This document shows, one piece after another, positions 37,825-45,967 of a stretch of 64,000 nucleotides of DNA (its first letter is position 1; the number at the start of each line of letters is the position of its first letter). This stretch comes from Thermoplasmatota archaeon (GTDB lineage Archaea; Thermoplasmatota; Penumbrarchaeia; Penumbrarchaeales; Penumbrarchaeaceae): positions 23,815-87,814 of the forward strand of contig JBLIRH010000002.1 of NCBI GenBank assembly GCA_049472215.1, in the 5' to 3' direction. The notes under the pieces are model-generated. The model searched no databases. It worked only from the letters and a program-made list of their open reading frames with translations, and was not told where the DNA came from. The position numbers and the translations under genes were made by a program.

Positions 37825-37892
37825 ATCATCCTGCCCTTAACTGCATGATTATGGAAAGATCCCGTCTTAAACATGCTGATGAAGGCGGGTTA

Positions 37893-38240
37893 TTACCTCT
37901 TGCAGGACATCCTTCCCTGCTCAACCATATCCTCGGCATACCCGAGCCGGCCGGCCTCCTTTATCCTTCTCAGGCTCTCGTTCCTGTTGGAGCGAAGGAC
38001 GAAGGAAATGGTCCTCGCAAAGAAATTGTTCAGCTTTGCGCAATCCTTCGGATCAGAGAATTCGGCACAATCGGCACAGGTGGAATACCCGTGCTCCATG
38101 TTGCACGTTCTCACCTGGCACCAGGTCGCCTTCTCGTTCTTGGCACAACCCGGACACCTGCCGTTCTTGAACTTGCCGCATTCGCCGCAGTAGAGCCCGC
38201 AGAATGCAACAAGATCGGCGTTCGCTAATTTCTCGGCCAT
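37893..38240 (-). CDS. DUF3795-type cysteine-rich protein
   Basis: LVAFCGLYCGECGKFKNGRCPGCAKNEKATWCQVRTCNMEHGYSTCADCAEF. Confidence 0.8.
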   Translation of the reverse strand: MAEKLANADLVAFCGLYCGECGKFKNGRCPGCAKNEKATWCQVRTCNMEHGYSTCADCAEFSDPKDCAKLNNFFARTISFVLRSNRNESLRRIKEAGRLGYAEDMVEQGRMSCKR

Positions 38241-38378
38241 AGAGATCCCTTTACCAGGTGGATGAACGGGTATTTAACCCCGTCCGGACAGGAGTTCCGT
38301 GAAAGTAATTCTTTCAGTGAGTCCGGCGAACATGACAAATATTGAAACTGGCAATGTCGAAAAGGGAGTCATAGGAAG

Positions 38379-39236
38379 ATGCGGGATGACGAGGAAGAGG
38401 ATGAGGTCTGGGAGTCCAATAGTCTTTTGATATGGACACTGATCGCTGGAGCTGCGATCCTGACCCTGATATTCATTTGGGCCGCTATAAGGTTCAGCTG
38501 CTATGCACTTGCAGGTGCGGCTCTGCTTCTTGGTCTGATCGTTATCCTCGCCATCATGGGCCGCAGAAAAATGGAGAAGGAACGCTGGTTCAAGAAACTG
38601 TACCTCAAGGAACTGACAAGGTTCCCCGGCCGGACCTTCATCGGAGTTCTGCCGGAACATATCCGTAGAACGATGAATTCGTCCTCCTTTGACTTCGGCA
38701 TCAACCAATGGTGGGTCTCAATAGAAAGGCGGGGGCATACTATTTACACGGGAACCTTCTTCCGCAGCGTTCCGTCGATGGGTAATGATGATCACCAGCC
38801 GCCGGAGTACCACCTTTGTGCGGTGATGGAGCTCCCGCTCAAGGGAAGACATGTTAGCTTGACAAAGAACATCGACCTCCTGAGCCTGCCGAGGAGATTG
38901 GGCATCTCGGATTACAGATACGGCAATAAGTACTTCGAGGATAATTTTACCATCGTGGCGGAACCGAAGGACGAGGGGCATCTCATACTCACGGGCAGGG
39001 TGATGGATCGGATAATGAACAGCCTTAACGACTGCGAGCTCTACATTGGGGACGGTCTGCTTATCGTATCCGACAGGATCTCGGAGCTCTACCTTTATCA
39101 GAGCGCTAAGAACCCTGATGTGGACTGCATCCTCTACAAATGGAACGACAGCGTACCGGACAAGATGATCGATCTAAGTGAGACGTTACTCGATAGGGAT
39201 CCGAAAGAAGTGATCATTGCAGCTGAAGTTCCATGA
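38379..39236 (+). CDS. Membrane-anchored hypothetical protein
   Basis: Two adjacent TM segments (LLIWTLIAGAAILTLIFIWAAI, CYALAGAALLLGLIVILAIMG) followed by a soluble domain. Confidence 0.7.
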   Translation: MRDDEEEDEVWESNSLLIWTLIAGAAILTLIFIWAAIRFSCYALAGAALLLGLIVILAIMGRRKMEKERWFKKLYLKELTRFPGRTFIGVLPEHIRRTMNSSSFDFGINQWWVSIERRGHTIYTGTFFRSVPSMGNDDHQPPEYHLCAVMELPLKGRHVSLTKNIDLLSLPRRLGISDYRYGNKYFEDNFTIVAEPKDEGHLILTGRVMDRIMNSLNDCELYIGDGLLIVSDRISELYLYQSAKNPDVDCILYKWNDSVPDKMIDLSETLLDRDPKEVIIAAEVP

Positions 39237-39257
39237 CCGTGCATTTGATCTCACTTG

Positions 39258-40556
39258 TCACTTCTCGACGATCTTCACCATGTGGGTGGCACATGAGATG
39301 CAAGGATCATATGCCCTTGCGATGAGCTCCATCTTGTTTCGGAGCTCCTGCTTTTCCAGCCCCTGGTCGCTGAGGAGCTTTCCGACCTTCTTCATGTCCT
39401 GGTCGATGATCAGATTGTTGATAGCGGTGGGGGTGATGATATTGGCATCGGTTATCATGCCTTCTTTGTCGATCCAATATTCATGATAGAGCGTCCCCCT
39501 GGGGACCTCCAGCGAACCTATTCCATGGCTCTCCCTGGGCTCCACCTTCATGGGCTTCTCATCCTTTATCCCCAGATACAGCAATCTGTCGATGAGCTCC
39601 ATCGCGCGTTCCCAGGCATAGATACACTCAAAGGCCTGGCCCAGGTTGTTGTGAAGTATGTTGTTCGATGGGAACGGGAAGAAGATATCCTTCGCCTCGA
39701 GGATGTGGGGGTGCCTGAACTCCTTCATGATGTTGAGCCTGGAAAGCGATCCCACCATCACGGCGTCCCCCCCGGAGGTCTTGCTCACCTTCGCTGTGGA
39801 CCATGGGATGATCTCCTCCTTGATCACCTTCCGGTAATCGGAGAGAGGGAACCTCCTGTCGTCAAGTGCGATCATGTCGCCCATCAACGTGAACTCGTCA
39901 TTTTCGGAGGAGACGAGCGTGGAATACGGAGCTGTCAGCTCCATCTCCGAGGGATACGACAACGATGAGAACAACCTGTAGGCCTCGACAGTATCCTTCA
40001 CGTTCTCCCTGAGCTTGTCTCGAAGCTCCACGAGCTTCCTTCTCGATGGGATCCCAGTGAAACCTCCGATTATCGGTTTCTCGGGATGTATCGGCCTGCC
40101 GCCGATGAGCTCCTGGATGTCGTTCCCGATCCCCTTCAGCTTCAGCGCCCTGTTGACCTCGACGGGATGGTCCTTGTAGAGGGCTATCGCGTTGGGCATC
40201 CCGAGATAGTCCGGCAGCGCAAGGAAATATGTGTGGAGATAGTGGCTCTCAAGGATCGATCCCATGTGTATGAGCTCCCTTAGAAGCTCCGTCTGCTCCG
40301 AAACCTCGACCTCGAATGCCTGCTCGATCGCTTTTATCGATGCAAGCTTGTGGGAAACGGTGCATATGGCGCATATCCTGGTCACTATGGAGGGAACATG
40401 CCTGAAGTATTTGCCCCGGACCAGGACCTCGAAGAACCTGGGACCCTCGGTGATCGAGAAATTTACATCCTTTATCCGGTCACCGTCGAATTCCAGGAAT
40501 ATCTCCCCGTGCCCTTCGACCCTGGCGACCGGCTCTATCTCTACGTACTTCTTCAC
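39258..40556 (-). CDS. [NiFe] hydrogenase large subunit, group 3-like
   Basis: IEPVARVEGHGEIFLEFDGDRIKDVNF; L1 RICAICTVSH; L2 DPCISCATH with a short C-terminal extension MVKIVEK. Confidence 0.9.
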   Translation of the reverse strand: MKKYVEIEPVARVEGHGEIFLEFDGDRIKDVNFSITEGPRFFEVLVRGKYFRHVPSIVTRICAICTVSHKLASIKAIEQAFEVEVSEQTELLRELIHMGSILESHYLHTYFLALPDYLGMPNAIALYKDHPVEVNRALKLKGIGNDIQELIGGRPIHPEKPIIGGFTGIPSRRKLVELRDKLRENVKDTVEAYRLFSSLSYPSEMELTAPYSTLVSSENDEFTLMGDMIALDDRRFPLSDYRKVIKEEIIPWSTAKVSKTSGGDAVMVGSLSRLNIMKEFRHPHILEAKDIFFPFPSNNILHNNLGQAFECIYAWERAMELIDRLLYLGIKDEKPMKVEPRESHGIGSLEVPRGTLYHEYWIDKEGMITDANIITPTAINNLIIDQDMKKVGKLLSDQGLEKQELRNKMELIARAYDPCISCATHMVKIVEK

Positions 40557-41245
40557 TGGTCATCCCTCCTTGATCCGGCAAGATGCTCCATGACCTTCTT
40601 TCCTTCCTCGGAGTAGGAGAAGAGCTTGATCAGATCGATCACGTGGTCGAGGTTGATCCCGTACTTCGTGTAATCCCTGACCGCGAACTTGATGAGGTCC
40701 TCGTGGAATACGACCCCCCTGCAGCCGATACAGGTCGAACCGTTCCTCGTGCAGTAAGCGTTGCACCCGGAATATGTGAGAGGTCCGAGACAGATGTTTC
40801 CCCGGTAAAGGTTGCAGGATTCTCCCTGAAGTGGACACATAGCGCATACGACCGTTGCTGACAGGTCAAGGTCCCTGCAGAGAGGAACATACGGGCAATC
40901 TCCCGATGTCGGGCAGTCCCGGCAGCTCTGCTCGTGCTGGGACATTGTCAGCTGAAGGATCGTCCTCCTGAGATCGTAGAGCTTCCTCGAATTGGTATGG
41001 ATGATCATGTTCTCCCTGATGGGGGTCTGGCAGGATTCCCTGATGATCTTCGACTTCCCCTCCCCCAGTTCCACCAAGCACATCCTGCAGTTCCCGGTGT
41101 TCAATTTCCCGAGCACCGGATTGTAGCAGATGTGGGGAAGCTCCACTCCCCTCTCAATGCAAAGCTGCAGTATGGTCTGGCCGGGTTTCCCGAAATACTC
41201 CTTGCCGTCAATGACCACCCTCACCTTCTTCTCCACCATCGTCAT
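40553..41245 (-). CDS. Chimeric protein: [2Fe-2S] + NuoG-N His-Cys cluster domain fused to the C-terminal (medial/distal cluster) half of a [NiFe] hydrogenase small subunit
   Basis: ELPHICYNPVLGKLNTGNCRMCLVE...SC; HEQSCRDCPTSGDCPYVPLC; CAMCPLQGESCNLYRGNICLGPLTYSGCNAYCTRNGSTCIGCRG matches the C-terminal pattern of Pyrococcus sulfhydrogenase delta (CLEC..NG..C....G.PCLGPITRAGCNARCP..G.ACIGCRG). Confidence 0.8.
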   Translation of the reverse strand: MTMVEKKVRVVIDGKEYFGKPGQTILQLCIERGVELPHICYNPVLGKLNTGNCRMCLVELGEGKSKIIRESCQTPIRENMIIHTNSRKLYDLRRTILQLTMSQHEQSCRDCPTSGDCPYVPLCRDLDLSATVVCAMCPLQGESCNLYRGNICLGPLTYSGCNAYCTRNGSTCIGCRGVVFHEDLIKFAVRDYTKYGINLDHVIDLIKLFSYSEEGKKVMEHLAGSRRDDQ

Positions 41246-42988
41246 CTACTCCACCTCCTCGACGGGCTTGTCGAAGGGGCCCATCCTTTCAAGCTCCTTG
41301 TAGAGCCTGGCTTTCAGGATCTGGTTCGACCAGTGGATAGCTCCCTGATTGTAGTTCTTCATCCTATTGATGCGGTCCTCGATGACACTTGGGTCCGTAT
41401 TGGGATACTGACCGCCTCCGGTGATGCACCCCTTCAGGCACGGAATGAACTCCACGAAATCGTAATCCTCGATATTGGAGAGAACATTGTCCGCATTGGT
41501 CAGGTCGGTCACCGTCGCGACCTTGAAATGAACGTCGGGATAGTCAACGGTCCTAACCACGGTCCCATCCTCGAGAACGATCTTCTGAAGCACATTCTGC
41601 CTTACCTTCAGGGCCATGGTGTAGTCCACGACCTCGTCCCCGAGCCCATCGGTCGCAGGCGTATCCGCAAGGATATCGATCAACGGCTCCGTCATGACGA
41701 ACCTGTCGAAGGAGACCGTTTCGATATCGCAGAGGTCGACGTTGATGCGGTTCTTCTGGATCAGCCTCGAGACCTCCTTGGTGGAGATCACAGCATCGAA
41801 GTCCGCCATCTTCTTCATGGCAGTGCACGGAGTGATCATTGCCAGGAAAACGGGCCCGTACCTCTTCTCGATCATCTCCCTGGCGATCGGGCCTGGTCTC
41901 GCTTCAAGATCGAGATAGTCCTTGTACTCGAATTTGTGCTTGGTGATCCAGATGTTGGCGGAGGGGCACCACGACATGATCTTGGTCCTTCCCGGATCGT
42001 CCAGCGAATCCTGGACCGTCTTGAATATCGACACATGCTGGGCTGCGGCGAAGTTGAAGACCTTCCACATGCCGAGCTGCTTCAGAGCGACGATGACCTT
42101 CCTCATGAGGGCGTGGGTGTTGTCAGGTTCATCGACCTGAAGGTTCTCAGAAAGTGAGGCCAGGATCATGGGATCGACCAGGGCGACCACGCGCTCTCCG
42201 CTTTTCAGGGCGTTCTCGAGCTTCTTGATGTTGTGTTCCCTCTCCTTCAGGGCCCCGCAGAAGCAGAACTGCACGCACTGGCCGCATGAGATGCAGGTCG
42301 TCCTAGCAAAGGTCGACCCGAAGGGGGTCGAGACCCTTTCCTTCCAGTTCCTGCCCACCATGGAGATCGCCTTTACCCCGAGTCCCTCGTCGCAGACATT
42401 GACGCATCTCCGGCAGGATATGCACTTCTCGGGCAGATAGTTGACCACGGGGTCCTTGATCTCCTCAACATCATCCGGTAACTGCCTGTCGATGGGCAGG
42501 GGGAGCGTCACGTTCTTATGGGGGTCCATGGTAGCGAACTTCTGGAAGTAGTAGATGACCTCGGACTCCCTGACGGGGCAGCCCCTTATGGTGTAATCGA
42601 CCTCTATGAAATAGTCCAGGGGATACGCCTTCTTCAGCGGCGTGGTATTGATCATGGTGGTCCCGTAGACCGCCTTGTAAGCTTCGGAGGCTCCCTGTAT
42701 GTCCTTTCCCGTGGCAACCCCGCCGGATGCAGCGCAGGTCCCTATCCCCACCACCCTTCTCGAGTTCTTCCTGATGTGGTGGAGGACCTCGATATCCTCC
42801 TCGGTCACCACCGCACCTTCCACGAAGGCTATGTCAAGCATCCCGAAATCCTGCCCCGAGGAGGCCATGGAGAATACCCTGATGTCAAGGGATTCGAAGA
42901 TCTCCAGAAGCTCCTCCTCGCAGTTGAGAATGGCCAGCTGGTCGCCGGCGCAGGAAGTGAGACCGAATATGCCGACCTTCACCTTCAT
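41246..42988 (-). CDS. Chimeric protein (580 aa): N-terminal half of [NiFe] small subunit + 2x[4Fe-4S] + [FeFe]-hydrogenase-like catalytic-domain homolog
   Basis: Start at MKVKVGIFGLTSCAGDQLAIL; VEGAVVTEEDIEVLHHIRKNSRRVVGIGTCAASGG; RGCPVRESE; CISCRRCVNVC and CISCGQCVQFC; FeFe-like motifs IMSWCPSAN, MITPCTAMKK, EFIPCLKGCITGGGQYPN. Confidence 0.85.
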   Translation of the reverse strand: MKVKVGIFGLTSCAGDQLAILNCEEELLEIFESLDIRVFSMASSGQDFGMLDIAFVEGAVVTEEDIEVLHHIRKNSRRVVGIGTCAASGGVATGKDIQGASEAYKAVYGTTMINTTPLKKAYPLDYFIEVDYTIRGCPVRESEVIYYFQKFATMDPHKNVTLPLPIDRQLPDDVEEIKDPVVNYLPEKCISCRRCVNVCDEGLGVKAISMVGRNWKERVSTPFGSTFARTTCISCGQCVQFCFCGALKEREHNIKKLENALKSGERVVALVDPMILASLSENLQVDEPDNTHALMRKVIVALKQLGMWKVFNFAAAQHVSIFKTVQDSLDDPGRTKIMSWCPSANIWITKHKFEYKDYLDLEARPGPIAREMIEKRYGPVFLAMITPCTAMKKMADFDAVISTKEVSRLIQKNRINVDLCDIETVSFDRFVMTEPLIDILADTPATDGLGDEVVDYTMALKVRQNVLQKIVLEDGTVVRTVDYPDVHFKVATVTDLTNADNVLSNIEDYDFVEFIPCLKGCITGGGQYPNTDPSVIEDRINRMKNYNQGAIHWSNQILKARLYKELERMGPFDKPVEEVE

Positions 42989-44283
42989 GACCTGCCACCT
43001 CCCATGGGACAGACCTTTGAAGGGCACTCTCCGCGGATATGAGAGTCGAAGACCTCCCTGAAATTGTTGTAGGCGGAGGAGAATGGGGTGGAAGCCGTCT
43101 TTCCAAGGCCGCAAATTGAAGCGGTGTCCATGACACCGGAGATCTCCATCGCCCGCTCAAGCTCCCCGTCCTTGGCTTTGCCCGTTCTCAACCTCTCCAA
43201 TATCCTTGATACGTGATGGGTCCCGGTCCTGCAGGGCGTACACTTTCCACAGCTCTCGTGTGAGAAGAAACCCATGAGATTGTGAGCGATATCAACAACG
43301 CAGCTCTTCTCGTTGAAGACCACGATCACCCCCGATCCCAGGGTGAGGCCGTCGGCCTCCGCATCCTCCATGGAGAACTTCGTCTCCAACCTCTCTTTGG
43401 GTATCAGCGAACCGGATGCGCCCCCGAGGAGCACGAAACCGATCTCCTTTCCGTCCACCCCGCCGCCGAGGTCGTTGATGATATCCATCAACGTGCATTT
43501 ACCCATTTCAACCTCGTAGGCACCTGGAGACTTGACATGCCCCGTCAGGGAAACGATCCTCGTCCCCGTCGATTGGGTTGTTCCTATTGACCTGTAATTG
43601 TCCCCGCCCTCCATGATGATGTAGGGGACGTTGGCAAGGGTCTCAACGTTGTTGACACAGGTGGGTTTATCGAACACACCCGAGACCGAGGTCCTTGTTA
43701 TCTTTATCTTGGCCTGGCCGGCCATCCCCTCGATGGATTGGAGGATCGCGGAAGATTCACCGCAGACATATGCCCCTGCACCCTTTACGACCTCGATCTC
43801 CAGATCGAAGTTCTTTCCAAGGATCCCCTTACCGAGAAGGTTGCGGTCCTTTGCCGTCTGAATGATGGACCTGAGCTTTGGGGGAAGGAAAGGGTATTCC
43901 CCGCGATTGTAGATGAAGGCCTTTTCGATGCCCATCGCATAGGCCGCGATCGTCATTCCCTCGATCAGGAGGAATGGGTCCGTCTCCACCAGCGTCCTGT
44001 CCTTAATAGTGCCCTCCTCGCCCTCGTCGAAGTTTGCAATGAGGTACTTCGGTGTTTTGTTCTGCATGGCCACTGATTCCCATTTGAAGCCGGCGTGGAA
44101 CCCGGCCCCTCCCCTTCCCCTGATGCGGGATTTCGAGACCTCGTTCACGACCCACCTTGAACCTTTATCAAGGGCTTTCTTCAATGCCTCGTAACCGCCC
44201 GCGCTGATGTAATGGTCGATGTTCCACCCGTCGTAACCGCCCCTTCCACGGTTCTTCAAGAGGATCCTGGTTTCCTGGACCAA
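42985..44283 (-). CDS. NuoF/HoxF-like NAD(P)H-binding diaphorase subunit
   Basis: SRIRGRGGAGFHAGFKW; NFDEGEEGTIKDR; GAGAYVCGESSAILQSIEG; HESCGKCTPCRTGT. Confidence 0.93.
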   Translation of the reverse strand: MVQETRILLKNRGRGGYDGWNIDHYISAGGYEALKKALDKGSRWVVNEVSKSRIRGRGGAGFHAGFKWESVAMQNKTPKYLIANFDEGEEGTIKDRTLVETDPFLLIEGMTIAAYAMGIEKAFIYNRGEYPFLPPKLRSIIQTAKDRNLLGKGILGKNFDLEIEVVKGAGAYVCGESSAILQSIEGMAGQAKIKITRTSVSGVFDKPTCVNNVETLANVPYIIMEGGDNYRSIGTTQSTGTRIVSLTGHVKSPGAYEVEMGKCTLMDIINDLGGGVDGKEIGFVLLGGASGSLIPKERLETKFSMEDAEADGLTLGSGVIVVFNEKSCVVDIAHNLMGFFSHESCGKCTPCRTGTHHVSRILERLRTGKAKDGELERAMEISGVMDTASICGLGKTASTPFSSAYNNFREVFDSHIRGECPSKVCPMGGGRS

Positions 44284-44763
44284 TCACTCACCCCCCTTTC
44301 TCAGATCCTCGATCAGCTGGATCGCCTTTCCAATGTCCAGGTTGCGGTGGACGTCGTGATCGATCATCATGGCAGGTGACCCATCACACTGGCCGATGCA
44401 CGAGCTTTCCTCCAAAGTGAACAAGCCGTCGGCCGTGGTCTCTCCCTCCTTTATGGATAGGTGACCGCTGATGCCTGCCATGAGGTCCTTCGATCCCTTG
44501 CCGTGGCAGACGACACCGCGGCATAGCCTGATGACATGCTTTCCTTCCGCTTTCAATGTGAATTGTTCATAGAAGGTGACTACCGAATATATCCGCGTCA
44601 AGGGGATCTCAAGAGCATCTGCGATGTACCTTGCTGTCTCCCAGGTGATGCAGCCCCATGTCTCCTGGATCTTGTGAAGAAGAAAAAGCACTGGGGAATC
44701 GAGTCCCTTCGCCTCAGCCAGCAATCCGTCCAGAACCTTTATGTCCTTGACCCCGATCACCAT
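44284..44763 (-). CDS. NuoE/HoxE-like [2Fe-2S] subunit
   Basis: VLFLLHKIQETWGCI...YSVVTFYEQFTL; LCRGVVCHGKG and ESSCIGQCDGSPAMMI. Confidence 0.92.
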   Translation of the reverse strand: MVIGVKDIKVLDGLLAEAKGLDSPVLFLLHKIQETWGCITWETARYIADALEIPLTRIYSVVTFYEQFTLKAEGKHVIRLCRGVVCHGKGSKDLMAGISGHLSIKEGETTADGLFTLEESSCIGQCDGSPAMMIDHDVHRNLDIGKAIQLIEDLRKGGE

Positions 44764-44847
44764 CTGCTACACCGACGGCCTGTAGCTCACCATGTTATTA
44801 AAACTATCTGTGCAAGGGATCTGCAGCCGTCCCTCCTGGAGCAGATC

Positions 44848-45936
44848 TTAGCATATCCTTGGGACCGGATCCCCGTAGGGCGGGTCCATGATCCGCTTTC
44901 CGCCTACGACCGTCTGAAGGATCACGTTCTTCCCCTCGGGCCCCACGATCCCGATCACTGCGGCATCCTTACCCGCCTCCGTCCTTCTTATCGCTTTGAG
45001 GACCTCATCCTCGCTTCCCGGAGCAACGGCGAGGATGACCTTGCCCTCGTTCCCTATCTCGAAGGGATCGAACCCGAGCATGTCGCAGGCACTCGAGACA
45101 GCTTCCTTTACGGGGATATCGGATTCCCTGACCAGGATAGAGCACCCGCTCTTGGAGCACCATTCGTTCAATCCGTTGGCCAGCCCGCCCCTTGTCAGGT
45201 CCTTGGCGGCAATAACGCCTCCTACGTCCAAGGCGGCCTCGATCACTTCCCCCATCGGAGCGAGGTCGGAGACCAGGTCGGTTTCGAAACCGTAGCCCTC
45301 CCTGAACGAGAGCAGGGATATTCCATGGTCCCCCACGGACCCGGAAAGAATGATGATGTCCCCTTCCCGGACCGCATCGTCCCTCAGCCATCGGGAAACA
45401 GGTGATCTGGCCCCCCGCTTCGATCTAAGCTCTGATGCTCGTTCGAAGTTCCGTTGCAGAGCCGGATGCATCTCTCCGATACCGGCAGTGGTTATGACCA
45501 TCCCCTTCACCCCTCCCTTCTCCACGACCTTCGTGTCCCCCGTTACCACGGTTACATGGGCCCTTTCAGAAGCAATTCCGATCGACCCCGAGATCCTGCG
45601 GAGGAGTTCTTTATCGGTCCCTTCCTCGATCACCATCGATAGTGCGAGGGCTTTAGGCCTTGCCCCGACGACCCAGAGGTCATTCACAGTTCCAAAGACC
45701 GAGAGGGACCCAATATCCCCCCCGGGGAATTCGAGAGGCCATACGGTATGACCGTCGATGGTAAAGGCGACATTATCAATGACGGCGGAATCGTCCAGGA
45801 GTTCCGGCGGGACCCCTTCCCGGTCTTCGCCTCCCGATGACCTTCTAACGAAGGGGATCACGAGCTCCTTCAGCATCCTCTGCATCAGCTCGCCTCCTGC
45901 GCCCTCGCCGATCTTGACCTTCCTGTCACCGTTCAT
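44848..45936 (-). CDS. hypE: Hydrogenase expression/formation protein HypE
   Basis: GEGAGGELMQRMLKELV; FPGGDIGSLSVFGTVNDLWVVGARP; C-terminal GDPVPRIC as in HypE. ORF extends to 45996; internal starts at 45957/45936 avoid overlap with the 45968 gene. Confidence 0.92.
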   Translation of the reverse strand: MNGDRKVKIGEGAGGELMQRMLKELVIPFVRRSSGGEDREGVPPELLDDSAVIDNVAFTIDGHTVWPLEFPGGDIGSLSVFGTVNDLWVVGARPKALALSMVIEEGTDKELLRRISGSIGIASERAHVTVVTGDTKVVEKGGVKGMVITTAGIGEMHPALQRNFERASELRSKRGARSPVSRWLRDDAVREGDIIILSGSVGDHGISLLSFREGYGFETDLVSDLAPMGEVIEAALDVGGVIAAKDLTRGGLANGLNEWCSKSGCSILVRESDIPVKEAVSSACDMLGFDPFEIGNEGKVILAVAPGSEDEVLKAIRRTEAGKDAAVIGIVGPEGKNVILQTVVGGKRIMDPPYGDPVPRIC

Positions 45937-45967
45937 AAGTGGCCCCAAAAAGCTCATGTGGAACTGA

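Noticed and set aside
40934-42157. 407-aa plus-strand ORF
   Set aside because: Antisense to the hydrogenase chimeric genes, which have clear motifs; H/L/D/R-skewed composition with no recognisable domain.
42989-43114. N-terminal extension of the hydrogenase chimera ORF
   Set aside because: Overlaps the NuoF-like gene; the MKVKVGIFGLTSC start at 42988 matches the small-subunit N-terminus.
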